Origin: an uncultured Ignavibacteria bacterium
GTDB taxonomy: Bacteria > Bacteroidota > Ignavibacteria > Kapaibacteriales > Kapaibacteriaceae
Assembly (NCBI GenBank): GCA_937870915.1
Contig: CALMZQ010000183.1
Coordinates: 60,317 to 124,316, forward strand
Length of the DNA stretch: 64,000 bases
Direction: 5' to 3'
Within the stretch, counting starts at the first letter, position 1. Each line of letters begins with the position of its first letter. The translations under genes were made by a program, and so were the position numbers. The notes under the pieces were generated by a model, which made no database searches, was not told the DNA's origin, and saw only the letters and a program-made list of their open reading frames with translations. Positions 27,028-37,900 of this stretch are shown piece by piece.

Positions 27028-28826
27028 TCCGAAACCATATCACAATGTTGGTGTGTTGTCTCCTTTTGGTAATGGGGCTTGATGTTCGTGCACAATCGTC
27101 GGCCGACCGAGACAAATTGCGCATGGCTCAGACCTATGAACGCAGCGGAGATCTACGCAATGCTGCCCGCCTCTACCAAGAGCTCCATGCGGAGTCTCCC
27201 TCGCTCGACTCGTATTTTCAGGGCGTCGTGCGATCGTTAAGCGGACTGCAACAATTTGCTGCGCTTGCTCCTTTGGTTGAGGAACAGATGCGGATAGCCC
27301 CCTCTGTGAATACGGCCATACTTGCCGGAACATTGTATGCCAGAACGGGAGATCAAGACAAGGCAAAACGGTGGTGGAAGAAGGCCATTGACCTGTCTGA
27401 CAATGACGAGACCGCGTATCTTTTGATAGGCGCAGAACAGTCTCAGCTCATGTTGCATGCTATGGCTTTAGAGTCATACAAGTCTGCACGGGCAAAAAAT
27501 GGAGACCCCCTGGCCTATTGTGACGAGATCGGCCAGTTATCGGCAATGACGGGAGATCTCAAGACGGCAGCTCGCGAAGCCTTGGCGATGTTTGGTTCTG
27601 ATGGCGACCTTGTCCGAGTACAACGCCGATTGAGCGTCCTGCTTTCCTATGAAAGTGGCCCGGCAACGATCGCAACCGAACTTGAGCTCATGACAGGAAA
27701 CAGTCCGGATGTCCTTCGTCTTCGACAGTGGTTCTTCCGTCAGACGCGATCATGGCAAAAGGCCCTAGAGGTAACCGCCATTCTCGATGAGCTCTCACGA
27801 CCGCGTGGCCAGGAACTGCTCCTCTTCGCAGATGGGGCGAGAATGGACGATCAGTATGATGTGGCCATCTCTGCCTATCAGATCCTCATGAAGAACGTCA
27901 AAGACGAGAGATATCGAATGTCAGCTGCCTATGGATCTGCACGTGCATTAGAACAGAAACTTCGAACGACACAGAAGATCACCCCTCAAGAGGCGCAGGC
28001 TGTGATCGATAGGTATGATGACATCATATCGCAGTATGGCAAACACCCAATTTCGGCAGAGGCGTTGTATCACTCGGCGATTCTGCAAGATGATGTGTTA
28101 GGTCAGATGGATCCTGCTAGGGACCGACTAATGCGCCTACTCAATCAGTGGAGAGGGACAACGGTATCATCTGACGGTGCTCTTCGTTTGGCCGATATAT
28201 ACTTAGCCATGGGTAGAGATGAAGATGCCCTTGCAACTCTTCGCTCGATTGCGAACGGTCCGTCAGTTCTCGTATCGGACCGCTCCGATCTAGCTCGACT
28301 CCGGCTTGCTGATCTTTTTCTGTGGAATGGCAACCTTGATTCAGCCTTTGCGTATTACAGCCCGCTCGCGGCCAATACCGGCTCCGTTGCTTCGAATGAT
28401 GCTCTTGACCGTCTCTTACTCATAAACCTTGCTCAGGACGATTCTTCTACTGTGATTGCTATTGCTGCCGCTGAAGGACTTCTTGTCCGTCGCGCCTATC
28501 GCGATGCTGCTGTCCGTTTCACGCAAGCTGCTGTATCTGCAAAAGACAACGAACTTCGAGACCGAGCACGACTCCATGCAGCAATCGCCTACATTGAGCT
28601 CAACGAGGATGTTACGGCCGAACTCCTTTTACTGGAGATCCTTTCGAGTATTCCTGAGACAATCTATGGAGACCGATCTTTACAACTGCTTGCAGATATT
28701 CAGGTTCGTCGCGGCGATACTCAAGGTGCCGTAAAGACCCTCAACTCCCTCCTCGTCAATTACCCTCGTTCCATTCTGGTTCCAAGCGTTCGTGACCGTA
28801 TCCGCGTTCTTCGCGGAGACGCATGA
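27015..28826 (+). CDS. Secreted TPR-repeat protein
   Basis: 603 aa. Signal peptide MLVCCLLLVMGLDVRAQS. Helical repeat content throughout. Confidence 0.7.
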   Translation: MGAMIRNHITMLVCCLLLVMGLDVRAQSSADRDKLRMAQTYERSGDLRNAARLYQELHAESPSLDSYFQGVVRSLSGLQQFAALAPLVEEQMRIAPSVNTAILAGTLYARTGDQDKAKRWWKKAIDLSDNDETAYLLIGAEQSQLMLHAMALESYKSARAKNGDPLAYCDEIGQLSAMTGDLKTAAREALAMFGSDGDLVRVQRRLSVLLSYESGPATIATELELMTGNSPDVLRLRQWFFRQTRSWQKALEVTAILDELSRPRGQELLLFADGARMDDQYDVAISAYQILMKNVKDERYRMSAAYGSARALEQKLRTTQKITPQEAQAVIDRYDDIISQYGKHPISAEALYHSAILQDDVLGQMDPARDRLMRLLNQWRGTTVSSDGALRLADIYLAMGRDEDALATLRSIANGPSVLVSDRSDLARLRLADLFLWNGNLDSAFAYYSPLAANTGSVASNDALDRLLLINLAQDDSSTVIAIAAAEGLLVRRAYRDAAVRFTQAAVSAKDNELRDRARLHAAIAYIELNEDVTAELLLLEILSSIPETIYGDRSLQLLADIQVRRGDTQGAVKTLNSLLVNYPRSILVPSVRDRIRVLRGDA

Positions 28827-30565
28827 TCGAAGTACCGTGTTCGGAGAATTCTATGTCTACACCCACGTTTACATCACTTCCGTATCAAAGACCCGTCCTC
28901 TCGGAGCTTGCGCAGAAACATGCGGAGCTTACGCAGCGGTTGTCTCAAGCCAATTCTGATGCCGACGCCGTTGCAGTGGTCCGCGATTGGAATGTTCTGC
29001 GCATCCATGTGAGTACCATGGGTTCACTTGCAGAGGTTCACTTTACACAGAATGTTGTGGACGTTGCTGCAAAGGAAGAAAAGCTCTTCTATGACCTCAA
29101 TGGACCGTCCATTGCTGAGCTCGACATTGCGTTTGCACGGAGCATACTGCAATCACCGTTTCGTGGTGTTATTGCGGCAACTTTTGGTGAGCTCTTCCTT
29201 ACCCGTCTGCATAACGCAAGTCTTACCTTTGAACCATCGATCAAAGATCTGCTCGTTCACGAATCTGAACTCTGCAGAAAGTATAATGAGCTTACAGCTT
29301 CGGCACAGATCGAAGTTGGAGGAGAAACCTACAATCTCAGCACGATTGGCAGACTCTTGATCGACCTCGACCGTAGTACGCGCGAGGCCGCACACAAGGC
29401 CATGTATCAGTTCTTAACGAATCACGCCACTGAGCTGGACTCCATCTTTGATGAGCTCGTGAAATTGCGTCACGAAAAGGCGCAACGTCTTGGATTCCCT
29501 ACCTACACAGAATTCAGGTATGTCGAGTTTGGTCGCGTAGACTACAATGCAGACCATGTAGAGCGTTTCCGCGCCCAAGTACGAGAGCATGTTGTGCCTC
29601 TCGTGTCAAAACTTAGAGAAGCACAGAAACACCGTCTCGGCCTTGACGTGCTAACGATCGCAGATGAAAAGCTTCAATTCAAGGATGGGAATCCGGTAGC
29701 AGCCGGAGATCACGACTGGATCGTGGAACGTGCACACCGTATGTACTCAGAGCTCTCGGGAGAAACAAACGAGTTCTTCCAATTGATGCTCGACGCAGAT
29801 CTCATGGATCTTAAGAGCAGGGATAATAAGGCCACTGGTGGATACTGCACCAGCTTCAGTTCATACGGGCTTCCTTTCATCTTTGCGAATTTCAACAAAA
29901 CAACGCACGATATCGAAGTACTGACACACGAAGCTGGTCATGCTTTCCAAGCTTATAGGAGCAGAAATCTCCAGGTTCCGGAATATTTCTGGCCTACGGC
30001 AGAAGCCTGCGAGATCCATTCCATGGGAATGGAGTTCCTCACCTGGCCATGGATGAACCTCTTCTTTGGAGAGCAGACGGATAAATTCCGCTTCTACCAT
30101 CTCCAGGGTGCGTTGTTATTCCTGCCGTATGGCTGTGCCGTTGACCACTTCCAACATTGGATCTACGCAAACCCTACGGCCACTCCGGCTGAGCGCAATG
30201 CTGCGTGGCTAGAAATGGAACGAACATATCTGCCATGGCGATCAGCAGACGGTTACCCGGCCGTAGAAGAAGGCCGAACGTGGCAATTCCAGCGTCACAT
30301 TTACGAGTCTCCCTTCTATTACATCGACTATGCCCTTGCTCAAACTTGTGCACTGCAGTATTGGAAGTGGTCGGAGTCGGATCGCACGGCAGCATTTGCC
30401 AGCTACCTAAAGATCTGTGATGTGGGTGGTTCCAAACCATTCCTAGACATTGTCTCCGTTGGTGGTCTGACATCACCATTTGAAAGCGGGTGTCTAAAGG
30501 ACATCGTTGAGTATTCGTACCAATGGCTCGGTGAAAATTACCCCTCCGAATTAGCCGGTTCGTAG
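28823..30565 (+). CDS. M3 family oligoendopeptidase (PepF-like)
   Basis: 580 aa. HEAGHAFQAY zinc-binding HExxH followed by a downstream Glu region. Confidence 0.85.
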   Translation: MIEVPCSENSMSTPTFTSLPYQRPVLSELAQKHAELTQRLSQANSDADAVAVVRDWNVLRIHVSTMGSLAEVHFTQNVVDVAAKEEKLFYDLNGPSIAELDIAFARSILQSPFRGVIAATFGELFLTRLHNASLTFEPSIKDLLVHESELCRKYNELTASAQIEVGGETYNLSTIGRLLIDLDRSTREAAHKAMYQFLTNHATELDSIFDELVKLRHEKAQRLGFPTYTEFRYVEFGRVDYNADHVERFRAQVREHVVPLVSKLREAQKHRLGLDVLTIADEKLQFKDGNPVAAGDHDWIVERAHRMYSELSGETNEFFQLMLDADLMDLKSRDNKATGGYCTSFSSYGLPFIFANFNKTTHDIEVLTHEAGHAFQAYRSRNLQVPEYFWPTAEACEIHSMGMEFLTWPWMNLFFGEQTDKFRFYHLQGALLFLPYGCAVDHFQHWIYANPTATPAERNAAWLEMERTYLPWRSADGYPAVEEGRTWQFQRHIYESPFYYIDYALAQTCALQYWKWSESDRTAAFASYLKICDVGGSKPFLDIVSVGGLTSPFESGCLKDIVEYSYQWLGENYPSELAGS

Positions 30566-30601
30566 CACATTTAGGCAGTAAAAGTTTCAGCAGAAAACAG
30601 G

Positions 30602-30640
30602 AGCCCCTTTACCAAGCGTATCGGGGCTTTTGTTGTTAGA
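30602..30640 (+). terminator. Rho-independent terminator downstream of the M3 peptidase gene
   Basis: AGCCCC-(15 nt loop)-GGGGCT followed by TTTGTTGTT. Confidence 0.5.
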
Positions 30641-30740
30641 TGATAACACCCCAAGACACCCCTTTGCGTTGGCGCTAAGGGGAGGAATTTCCGTAGGTTT
30701 GTGACTTCCCAACGACTATCCGTTTCTGTCCAAATATCCG

Positions 30741-33700
30741 GTGGCAATGAACATGAAGAGATCGACCGTTTGGAGCGTGCTCGTCACGCTTTTGGTCCTC
30801 ACGAGCAGTATTGTTTTACATGCTCAATCAAATCCCTCCCCGTTCGACCTGAATTCAGGTTCATATTCACTCACCGATTGGTTGTCTACATCAACCGCAG
30901 GCACATATCCTGCCAGCATGGTGTTTCAACAGACGGCAAACATTGATGACCCGGCTGACGCAGCGGCTGTAGCTGACTGGAATTGTTCGTATTCGCTCAC
31001 CAGCGGTGCGCGGGTAAATGGCTTGGGAGCCAACGGAATTGGCTTCATTAATACAGGCACGATTCAATGTAACTGTGCATTTGTGGGAAGTGCCGTTCTG
31101 GCCCTAAACACAACGAATCGTGGGCAGGTACGAGTTTCGTTTGTTGCACAGACACAGGCAGCCGGACAACGCCGTTACGGACTCCGTCTGCAATACCGTC
31201 TGGGTACGACCGGCAATTGGAACAACGTGGTGAATAATGGTGGACTGGTTGAGTTTGTATCTACTCCAAACGTTACTGGTTCTGCAGTAACTATCTCAAG
31301 CCCCCTTCCATTAGCATGTGAAAATCAACCCGTTGTTCAGCTTCGTTGGGTGTATTACTACGTTGCCGGTTCTGGAACAGGTTCACGCCCGCAGATCCGT
31401 CTTGATGATATCTCGGTAACGTCCAACAGCACTATCGGTACTGCCACGGACCTTCGTATCGACGCAATTTCACCTGTGTCTCCTTCACAGAACACAGCAT
31501 TCAATGTATTCGTCCGCTCAACTGATGCTGGCGGTGCAGCCAAGAATGTGACCACAGCCACTACAGTGCAACTAACGTTGAATACGGGAACCGGTTCTCT
31601 TACAGGGACACTTACCGGTGTCATTCCTGCCGGACAGAGCTCCGTGGTATTATCAAACGTTGCGTACAACACAGTTGAATCCGGCATTTCGATCCGCGCT
31701 TCGTCTATTGCCGGTCAGGCCCTTGCCCTCACAAATAGCGCTGCATTCAGCGTACAAGCGCCGGCAGCCTATGCACTTATCACGGGTGCTCAGCAAGACG
31801 GTTATGCGGGCGTTCCGTTCAACCCCATCACTGTTACTGTTGTCCGCGCAGATAACACAACTGACCTCAACTATTCGTCGAACATTTCGATCACAAAGCT
31901 CAGCGGTCCTGGCGTTGTAACCGGTACAGCCACAGTTACGGCTTTGCAAGGTGTTGCTGTCTTTACAGACGTTAGCGTGAGCGTTGCGGGAACATATCAG
32001 TTACAAGTAACCGTACCGGGACTTCCAACACAAACGTTACCATTCACCACTGCCTTCCCTGCCCCGGGAATGACCACAGACATTGTACCACAATACATTC
32101 AGTCTCGAGTCGCTTCCGGCACATGTAACTCTAGTGTCCAGGCATTTCCGGTTCCGGTGTTTGCGCGAGTGACATTCACTGGGCTCCAGCCAAACACTAC
32201 ATATCGGTATAACTCCGGTATTGCAACGGACAACATCCTTACGTCTACAGGTGGTGGATTCAATATCCATTACAACCAGAACAACAATTCCTATATCTAT
32301 GGTGCAGGCAAGTCGCTGACTACAACGGGTGAATTTTCGCAATTCTCTACGTTGAATGGTGAGACCACGAAGTCGGTTTGGATCAACATGGCAGCGAGCA
32401 CGAATGCAGCCTTCCAAGAAGGTGGCATTGCAAACTGGCGCGTCTCGCTTGGTGATAATCAGGGCCGATTGATGAATCGATTCCAGCTTTCTCAAAGCTC
32501 GACGGTTATTCGTCTTGGTTCGGCATCAACTCAGGCTACCGGCATCGTTGATGACCTTTCGCAGCTTACGCCGAAGAACTATGTGCTTCTCTATGACAAC
32601 GTTGCAGGAACGGGCAGACCAATTGCGGTTACAGTGATCCAATCTATTGGCACATCTGTACCTGGCGCAGAATCATTCTATGCAACTCGTCAAAATGTTT
32701 CCAGCGCATGGGCAACATTCATTCCTAATTCGCTTGCAACAGGCATTCGTCGCATCGAAGAACGTGACTATCGTACTAATGCGATTGTCTATGCTCGCAC
32801 GTCAGCTGACGGTATTTGGAACGGTGTTCAGACAAACCCTTCCGATCTCGCATCATACCCAAGTGGTCCAGGCGGATTCTCACGTCCTATTGTACTGCAA
32901 ACACCGAATATCACCATCACCACACCAAGAACTGGAGATACGCTCTGTGCCGGTCAAACAGCTACCACGTCCTTCCGTGCCCGGGGTGTAAACACCGTTC
33001 GTATTGAGTTCTCGTCAAACAACGGGGCTTCTTGGGAATTCATAGCAGATGTACCGTCCTCTCAAACGTCGGCCACTTGGACAGTTCCTGCCATTGAGTT
33101 TGCAGGTAAGAGTCTTGTCCGAGTTACGGGAGTGGAACGCACGGATATTTCTGCCACTACAACCGCGTTTGCAGTGGCCTCCAAGGTTACGATGGTCAAC
33201 AGACCGGAGTCGAAGAACCTTTGTATCGGCGATGAACATTCCATGCTTGCCCTCACCAGTGGAGCTGTTCGCAATTACCAATGGTATAAGAACAACGAAG
33301 CAATTCCTGGTGCCAATGGCCCCCTCTTCCAGATCACCGATGCCAATTATGGCACGTCCGGATTCTACTATTGCGTAGCTACGGGTTATGGCGATTGCGG
33401 CTCTGCAGTGTCTGACACGGCACACCTTCGAGTTGGCCGCAGAACCAGCATCGTGAATCAAACACGGAACGTTCCGGTGATGATCGGTGCTACGGCACTA
33501 CTTACCGTTGAAGCTGAGATTCCGGATGAAGCTATCTCCTATCAGTGGTATAAGGGTCAGACGGCATTAGCCGATGATGGCCGCATCTATGGGTCTACCT
33601 CTAGTCGACTAGAGATCAGAAACGTTAATGTCAACGATCTTGGCAACGACTATACATGTGTAGTTGTTGGTGTTTGCGGAACAGCTACGTCGCGAAACAT

Positions 33701-34814
33701 CCGTGTCTTCACAAACGGTGTTTATGTTGAGTTCAGCTCTAATTCCGTAAGCGCATGTTCCGGTAACAAGGTTGATGTAGTTGCACAGGCCTATGTTAAC
33801 CCAACCGGCGCAACACTTGCACTCCGCTGGTGGTTCAAGGGTCAACCATTGTATGATGGAGGCAATTATGCCGGCACCACCACTTCTACGCTTTCGATTC
33901 TCAATGTAACGGGTGCTGATGCCGGTGAGTATACACTGCATGCAGAACTCTCGGATAACGCCTCTATCTATGACGATGGGTCGATCTCAGTGGTTATCGC
34001 TTCTTCGCCGACGATTTCACAGCAGCCACAATCATCCGATGTATGTGCTGGTTCGACCTTGACATTGTCTGTGAACGCAACGGCAACGGGCGCGGTCTCC
34101 TACGAATGGTCAAAAGATGGCACAGTGTTGCCGGGTGAAACGTCTGCTACACTCACGGTACAGAATATGACGGCGGCCCGCGCAGGTACGTATGGGGTTC
34201 GTGTTTCTACCGCGTGTGGTTCAATCCAATCGAACACAGCAGTCGTAAACGTCAAGGAAGCAACAGTAATCACACAGCAACCTTCCCGCACGATTGATGT
34301 GCAGGTTGGTCAGCCCCTTTCCATCAGTATAACAGCAACTGGTGAGGGAACACTGCAGTATCAATGGTTTAAGGACGGTACGCAGATAGCCGGTGAGGTT
34401 ACTCCTACCTACACCAAGACAGCGGCTGAGCTCGCTGATGCCGGTGTGTACTGGTGTCGCGTTACGGCCGAATGTGGCGATGTATTGTCAGACACTACTA
34501 CTGTAACAACACGTCCATCTACAACGGGTGTAGATGGTGATGTAGTTGCCGGTGGAGCCACGATTGGTCGAGTTTCGCCAAATCCAGTTCTTGGCCTCTC
34601 TACGATCAACGTCACACTGCCATCTGCGATGAATCTTACGATCACCCTCATTGATGCCACAGGTTCAACGGTAGCAACTGTTACCAATGGTATGATTTCC
34701 GCCGGTTCACATCGGTTTGTGATCGATGCCTCAGTAGTGAGTTCCGGTGTCTACCATGTAATGACCGTCATCAATGGCGTTCCATCGATGCAATCGGTCA
34801 TGATCGTTAAGTGA
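30741..34814 (+). CDS. Giant secreted cell-surface protein with tandem immunoglobulin I-set-like domains and a T9SS C-terminal sorting domain
   Basis: 1357 aa. The start may be the ATG at 30747/30753 (MNMKRSTVW…). Repeated Ig motifs YQWYKNNEAIPG…YYCVATG, YQWYKGQTALADDG…YTCVVVG, YEWSKDGTVLPGE…YGVRVST, YQWFKDGTQIAGE…YWCRVTA. C-terminus …SPNPVLGLSTINVTL…GVYHVMTVINGVPSMQSVMIVK matches a Por/T9SS CTD. Confidence 0.8.
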   Translation: MAMNMKRSTVWSVLVTLLVLTSSIVLHAQSNPSPFDLNSGSYSLTDWLSTSTAGTYPASMVFQQTANIDDPADAAAVADWNCSYSLTSGARVNGLGANGIGFINTGTIQCNCAFVGSAVLALNTTNRGQVRVSFVAQTQAAGQRRYGLRLQYRLGTTGNWNNVVNNGGLVEFVSTPNVTGSAVTISSPLPLACENQPVVQLRWVYYYVAGSGTGSRPQIRLDDISVTSNSTIGTATDLRIDAISPVSPSQNTAFNVFVRSTDAGGAAKNVTTATTVQLTLNTGTGSLTGTLTGVIPAGQSSVVLSNVAYNTVESGISIRASSIAGQALALTNSAAFSVQAPAAYALITGAQQDGYAGVPFNPITVTVVRADNTTDLNYSSNISITKLSGPGVVTGTATVTALQGVAVFTDVSVSVAGTYQLQVTVPGLPTQTLPFTTAFPAPGMTTDIVPQYIQSRVASGTCNSSVQAFPVPVFARVTFTGLQPNTTYRYNSGIATDNILTSTGGGFNIHYNQNNNSYIYGAGKSLTTTGEFSQFSTLNGETTKSVWINMAASTNAAFQEGGIANWRVSLGDNQGRLMNRFQLSQSSTVIRLGSASTQATGIVDDLSQLTPKNYVLLYDNVAGTGRPIAVTVIQSIGTSVPGAESFYATRQNVSSAWATFIPNSLATGIRRIEERDYRTNAIVYARTSADGIWNGVQTNPSDLASYPSGPGGFSRPIVLQTPNITITTPRTGDTLCAGQTATTSFRARGVNTVRIEFSSNNGASWEFIADVPSSQTSATWTVPAIEFAGKSLVRVTGVERTDISATTTAFAVASKVTMVNRPESKNLCIGDEHSMLALTSGAVRNYQWYKNNEAIPGANGPLFQITDANYGTSGFYYCVATGYGDCGSAVSDTAHLRVGRRTSIVNQTRNVPVMIGATALLTVEAEIPDEAISYQWYKGQTALADDGRIYGSTSSRLEIRNVNVNDLGNDYTCVVVGVCGTATSRNIRVFTNGVYVEFSSNSVSACSGNKVDVVAQAYVNPTGATLALRWWFKGQPLYDGGNYAGTTTSTLSILNVTGADAGEYTLHAELSDNASIYDDGSISVVIASSPTISQQPQSSDVCAGSTLTLSVNATATGAVSYEWSKDGTVLPGETSATLTVQNMTAARAGTYGVRVSTACGSIQSNTAVVNVKEATVITQQPSRTIDVQVGQPLSISITATGEGTLQYQWFKDGTQIAGEVTPTYTKTAAELADAGVYWCRVTAECGDVLSDTTTVTTRPSTTGVDGDVVAGGATIGRVSPNPVLGLSTINVTLPSAMNLTITLIDATGSTVATVTNGMISAGSHRFVIDASVVSSGVYHVMTVINGVPSMQSVMIVK

Positions 34815-34837
34815 TCTTCTAGATGTTCAAGGTTCTC

Positions 34838-34874
34838 AAAAAGGGGGTATGCCTAGCGTGCCCCCTTTTTCTTT
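34838..34874. terminator. Bidirectional rho-independent terminator between the two giant genes
   Basis: AAAAAGGGGG-(13 nt loop)-CCCCCTTTTTCTTT; a perfect 10-bp stem flanked by an A-run and a T-run. Confidence 0.6.
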
Positions 34875-34909
34875 AACTGTACCGCCCATAGGCAATCGTA
34901 GGCACGAGC

Positions 34910-37900
34910 ATGAACAGGCTACAACTCTTGGCAATGATCGCCCTCATATTCGTCCTCCCTCTTTCGCGAGCTAAAACTCAAGAGATGGTAGTCAGCGAAT
35001 ATTATAACATTCAATTCGTTGAGGCCGAGTGGTCTGAGTTCCTTGTGGTGCAGGATAATTTCAATGCCGTTGGATATATGATCTCTGACGCTAATACGGA
35101 CCAAACCGTTCGTCAGGGTGGACCCCAATTCCGTGACGTACCACTATGGCGCAACCTTCGCGCCGGAACGATCATTGTTCTCTGGCATAGAGCCATCCCA
35201 CCAACGTCCACCATCGACACCAATGCGGCAGATGGATACCTCGAACTCTCGTCAACTGACCAAAGGTTCTTCAATACTCTGCTTTTCCCTGGTGGTGTTG
35301 ATGGGATGAATATGGCCGATGCTGGTGACCTCGTCCAAATCATGAAGCCGGATACAACCAATGTTCATATGCTTGGTCACGATAAGCCAACCGGACCGAT
35401 CTACACCAATGCCACAGGTGCAAAGGTCAATTTCGACTCAGGTGCCGTTGGTGCCGGACGTTCCAATCGAGTTACTGGTAGAACCCTAGCAGCCTATTCC
35501 ATGGGTATCACCAAAGATTCTGCGGTTGCCGGTTTTAATGATTCTCGTGGACTGCCCAATCGCTGGGACCTCGCTCGAACCTTCCAAGGTGTTCCAAACA
35601 TCAACCACTGGTTCTGGCGAGAAACACGTGAGCCGCAGTGGTCAGCTCCTCCTTCGGTAACAATCATCAGCCGCACCGCGCAACGTCACGTGATCGAATG
35701 GACCCCACTTATTGATGCCAACCAACAGGATTCAACAACCGGCTACGTTGTGCTGCGAGACACAGCAAACTTTACAGCCTTCCCGTCCAATGCCATCACG
35801 GACGGACAGATGATTGTAAAGGGGGCTCGATTTGGTACGGCTATAGTCCTCGATGTTCTTCCAACGATCAAGGGCAACCGCTACACCGATTCCTTAGATC
35901 TCTTTTGTGGCCAATCATATACCTATCGTGTGTATGGCTATCGATACAAGCAGGATGATCAGTTAACAGTTACTGATGACACAACAGCCCGTGGACGACA
36001 ATACACAGAGTTGAAGTGGGCGCAGTCTCCGGTTGCAACTAAGCCGAATCCTGCTAAGCCCCTTATCCAAGCTTCAAGAACACAGTTCTGTGCCGGGGAT
36101 ACCGTATCACTCACTACAACCGCGGTTGCTGATCGATATGATTGGACGCTGAACGGTGTGCCATTGTCCATCGGTGGCACAACGCTGGTAGTTGTTCGTG
36201 AACCGGGAACGTATAGATTGACCGTGACGGCTGATGGTGGGTGTAGTGCTACATCTGACCCGATAACGTTAACTGCACTACCGGCACAAGAGGTTGATGT
36301 TTTACCGCGCGGCACACAAACAATTTGTGCAACAGACTCTCTCATCATTACGGCTCAAACCGATGCCCCATCCTATGAATGGTTCAAGGACGGAACGCTC
36401 GTAAACGGTGCATCAGGCAAGAGTATCGTTGTAAGAAGCGCCGGCGACTACTTTGTTCGTACGGCTACACAACAAGGATGCCCGGCCATATCGTCTGTTG
36501 TGCGAGTTCGGATTCCCGACGTTCGGTATAGGTTTGAAAAGTTATCACTTGATTTTGGATCACTTGGGCAGTGTACGTCCGACACAACACTGAGCGTCGA
36601 ACTCATAAACGAAGGTTCAGCGTCGATCACTGTTACCTCAGCAAGTTTCCCTGCGGGATTTGCTTTGTCATCTCCGGCACCTGGATTTGTTGTTGCACCC
36701 GGCGGTAGGCAAACTGTGCAAATTCTTTTTGCACCATCGGTCTCTGGCATCTCATCGGGCACCGTGACGTTCACAGCCATACCGTGCAACGTTACCTCGT
36801 CTATTACCGTGCGTGGAGTACGAGCACAAGTTTCAGCAGCACTGGACAGAACGGGCGTTGATTTTGGCACCTATACGGCGTGTCCAACAACGATCATACG
36901 ACCAGACTCCACGTTCAGGATTACCAATTCCGGTACCACGCCGATCACCGTGAAGGTGCCGAATGTGCAACCCCCATTCTATCTCCTCACGTCCTTCCCA
37001 CTTGGCGTTGTGATTCAACCGGGCGGGAACCTTGAAGTAAAGATCCAGTACCGCCCCCTTGGAGCAGATCGAGATCGAGGAGTAGTTCAACAGATATCAT
37101 TCCCTTTCACATCTGCTTCGTGTAGAGACACACTTCGAGCACAGCTCCAGGCGGCATCATATGCTCCGTTGTTTGAGCTCGATCCGGATACTCTGGACGT
37201 TGGGGCAATTCTCGCCTGTGCCAACTACATAGACACTGTGATCACGGTCTCCAATCCGAGCCCCATTCCCGTTACCGTTACGGGTATTGTTGGCGCTGGA
37301 TTCACATTCACCGGAGGTGCCACGGTGATTGCACCAAACACAAGTACGTCTGTCTCGATTCGCATCCAACCTACCGGAGGAAATGGTCCATTCGTTCTTG
37401 ATGGTGAGATCACAGCAACTCCGTGCGATCTCAAGGCTCCGGTGCGAGTTGAAGGAATTGTGAAAGCACCAACCTATACAGTGTCGACGTCTAACATGAA
37501 CTTTGGTACACGTGAGTTTTGCGGTCCCGCTGCTCCGATCACACAACGGGGCTATGTGGTTGCGTTGGGTTTGTCCGGACTTCGCTCCACAGTGAACACC
37601 GTTTCCATTGCTGCTCCATACAGCGTTGATGTAACTCCCGGGACAACCTTCACTGACACCCTTTTCTTCAACGTTACCTATGTACCAACGGCCGTTGGGA
37701 GTTTCACCGGTGTGTTGTCAATGACCGTGGGGCCGTGCAGTGAACGAATTGATGTTTCCCTCACCGGCCTGACTACCGGTTCAGGCAGAACAACAACGAT
37801 CACGGGCAATTCTTTTGGAACAATCGGTCCGGGCCAGTCAAATACACAGGTAATTCAGATCACGAATACCGGATCCAATCCGATTACAGTAGAGCCCCTT

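Noticed and set aside
30566-30740. 175-bp intergenic region screened for a tRNA or small RNA
   Set aside because: It contains two simple hairpins (a terminator and CCCCTT…AAGGGG) but no tRNA-like T-loop or acceptor pairing that I could see. No call was made.
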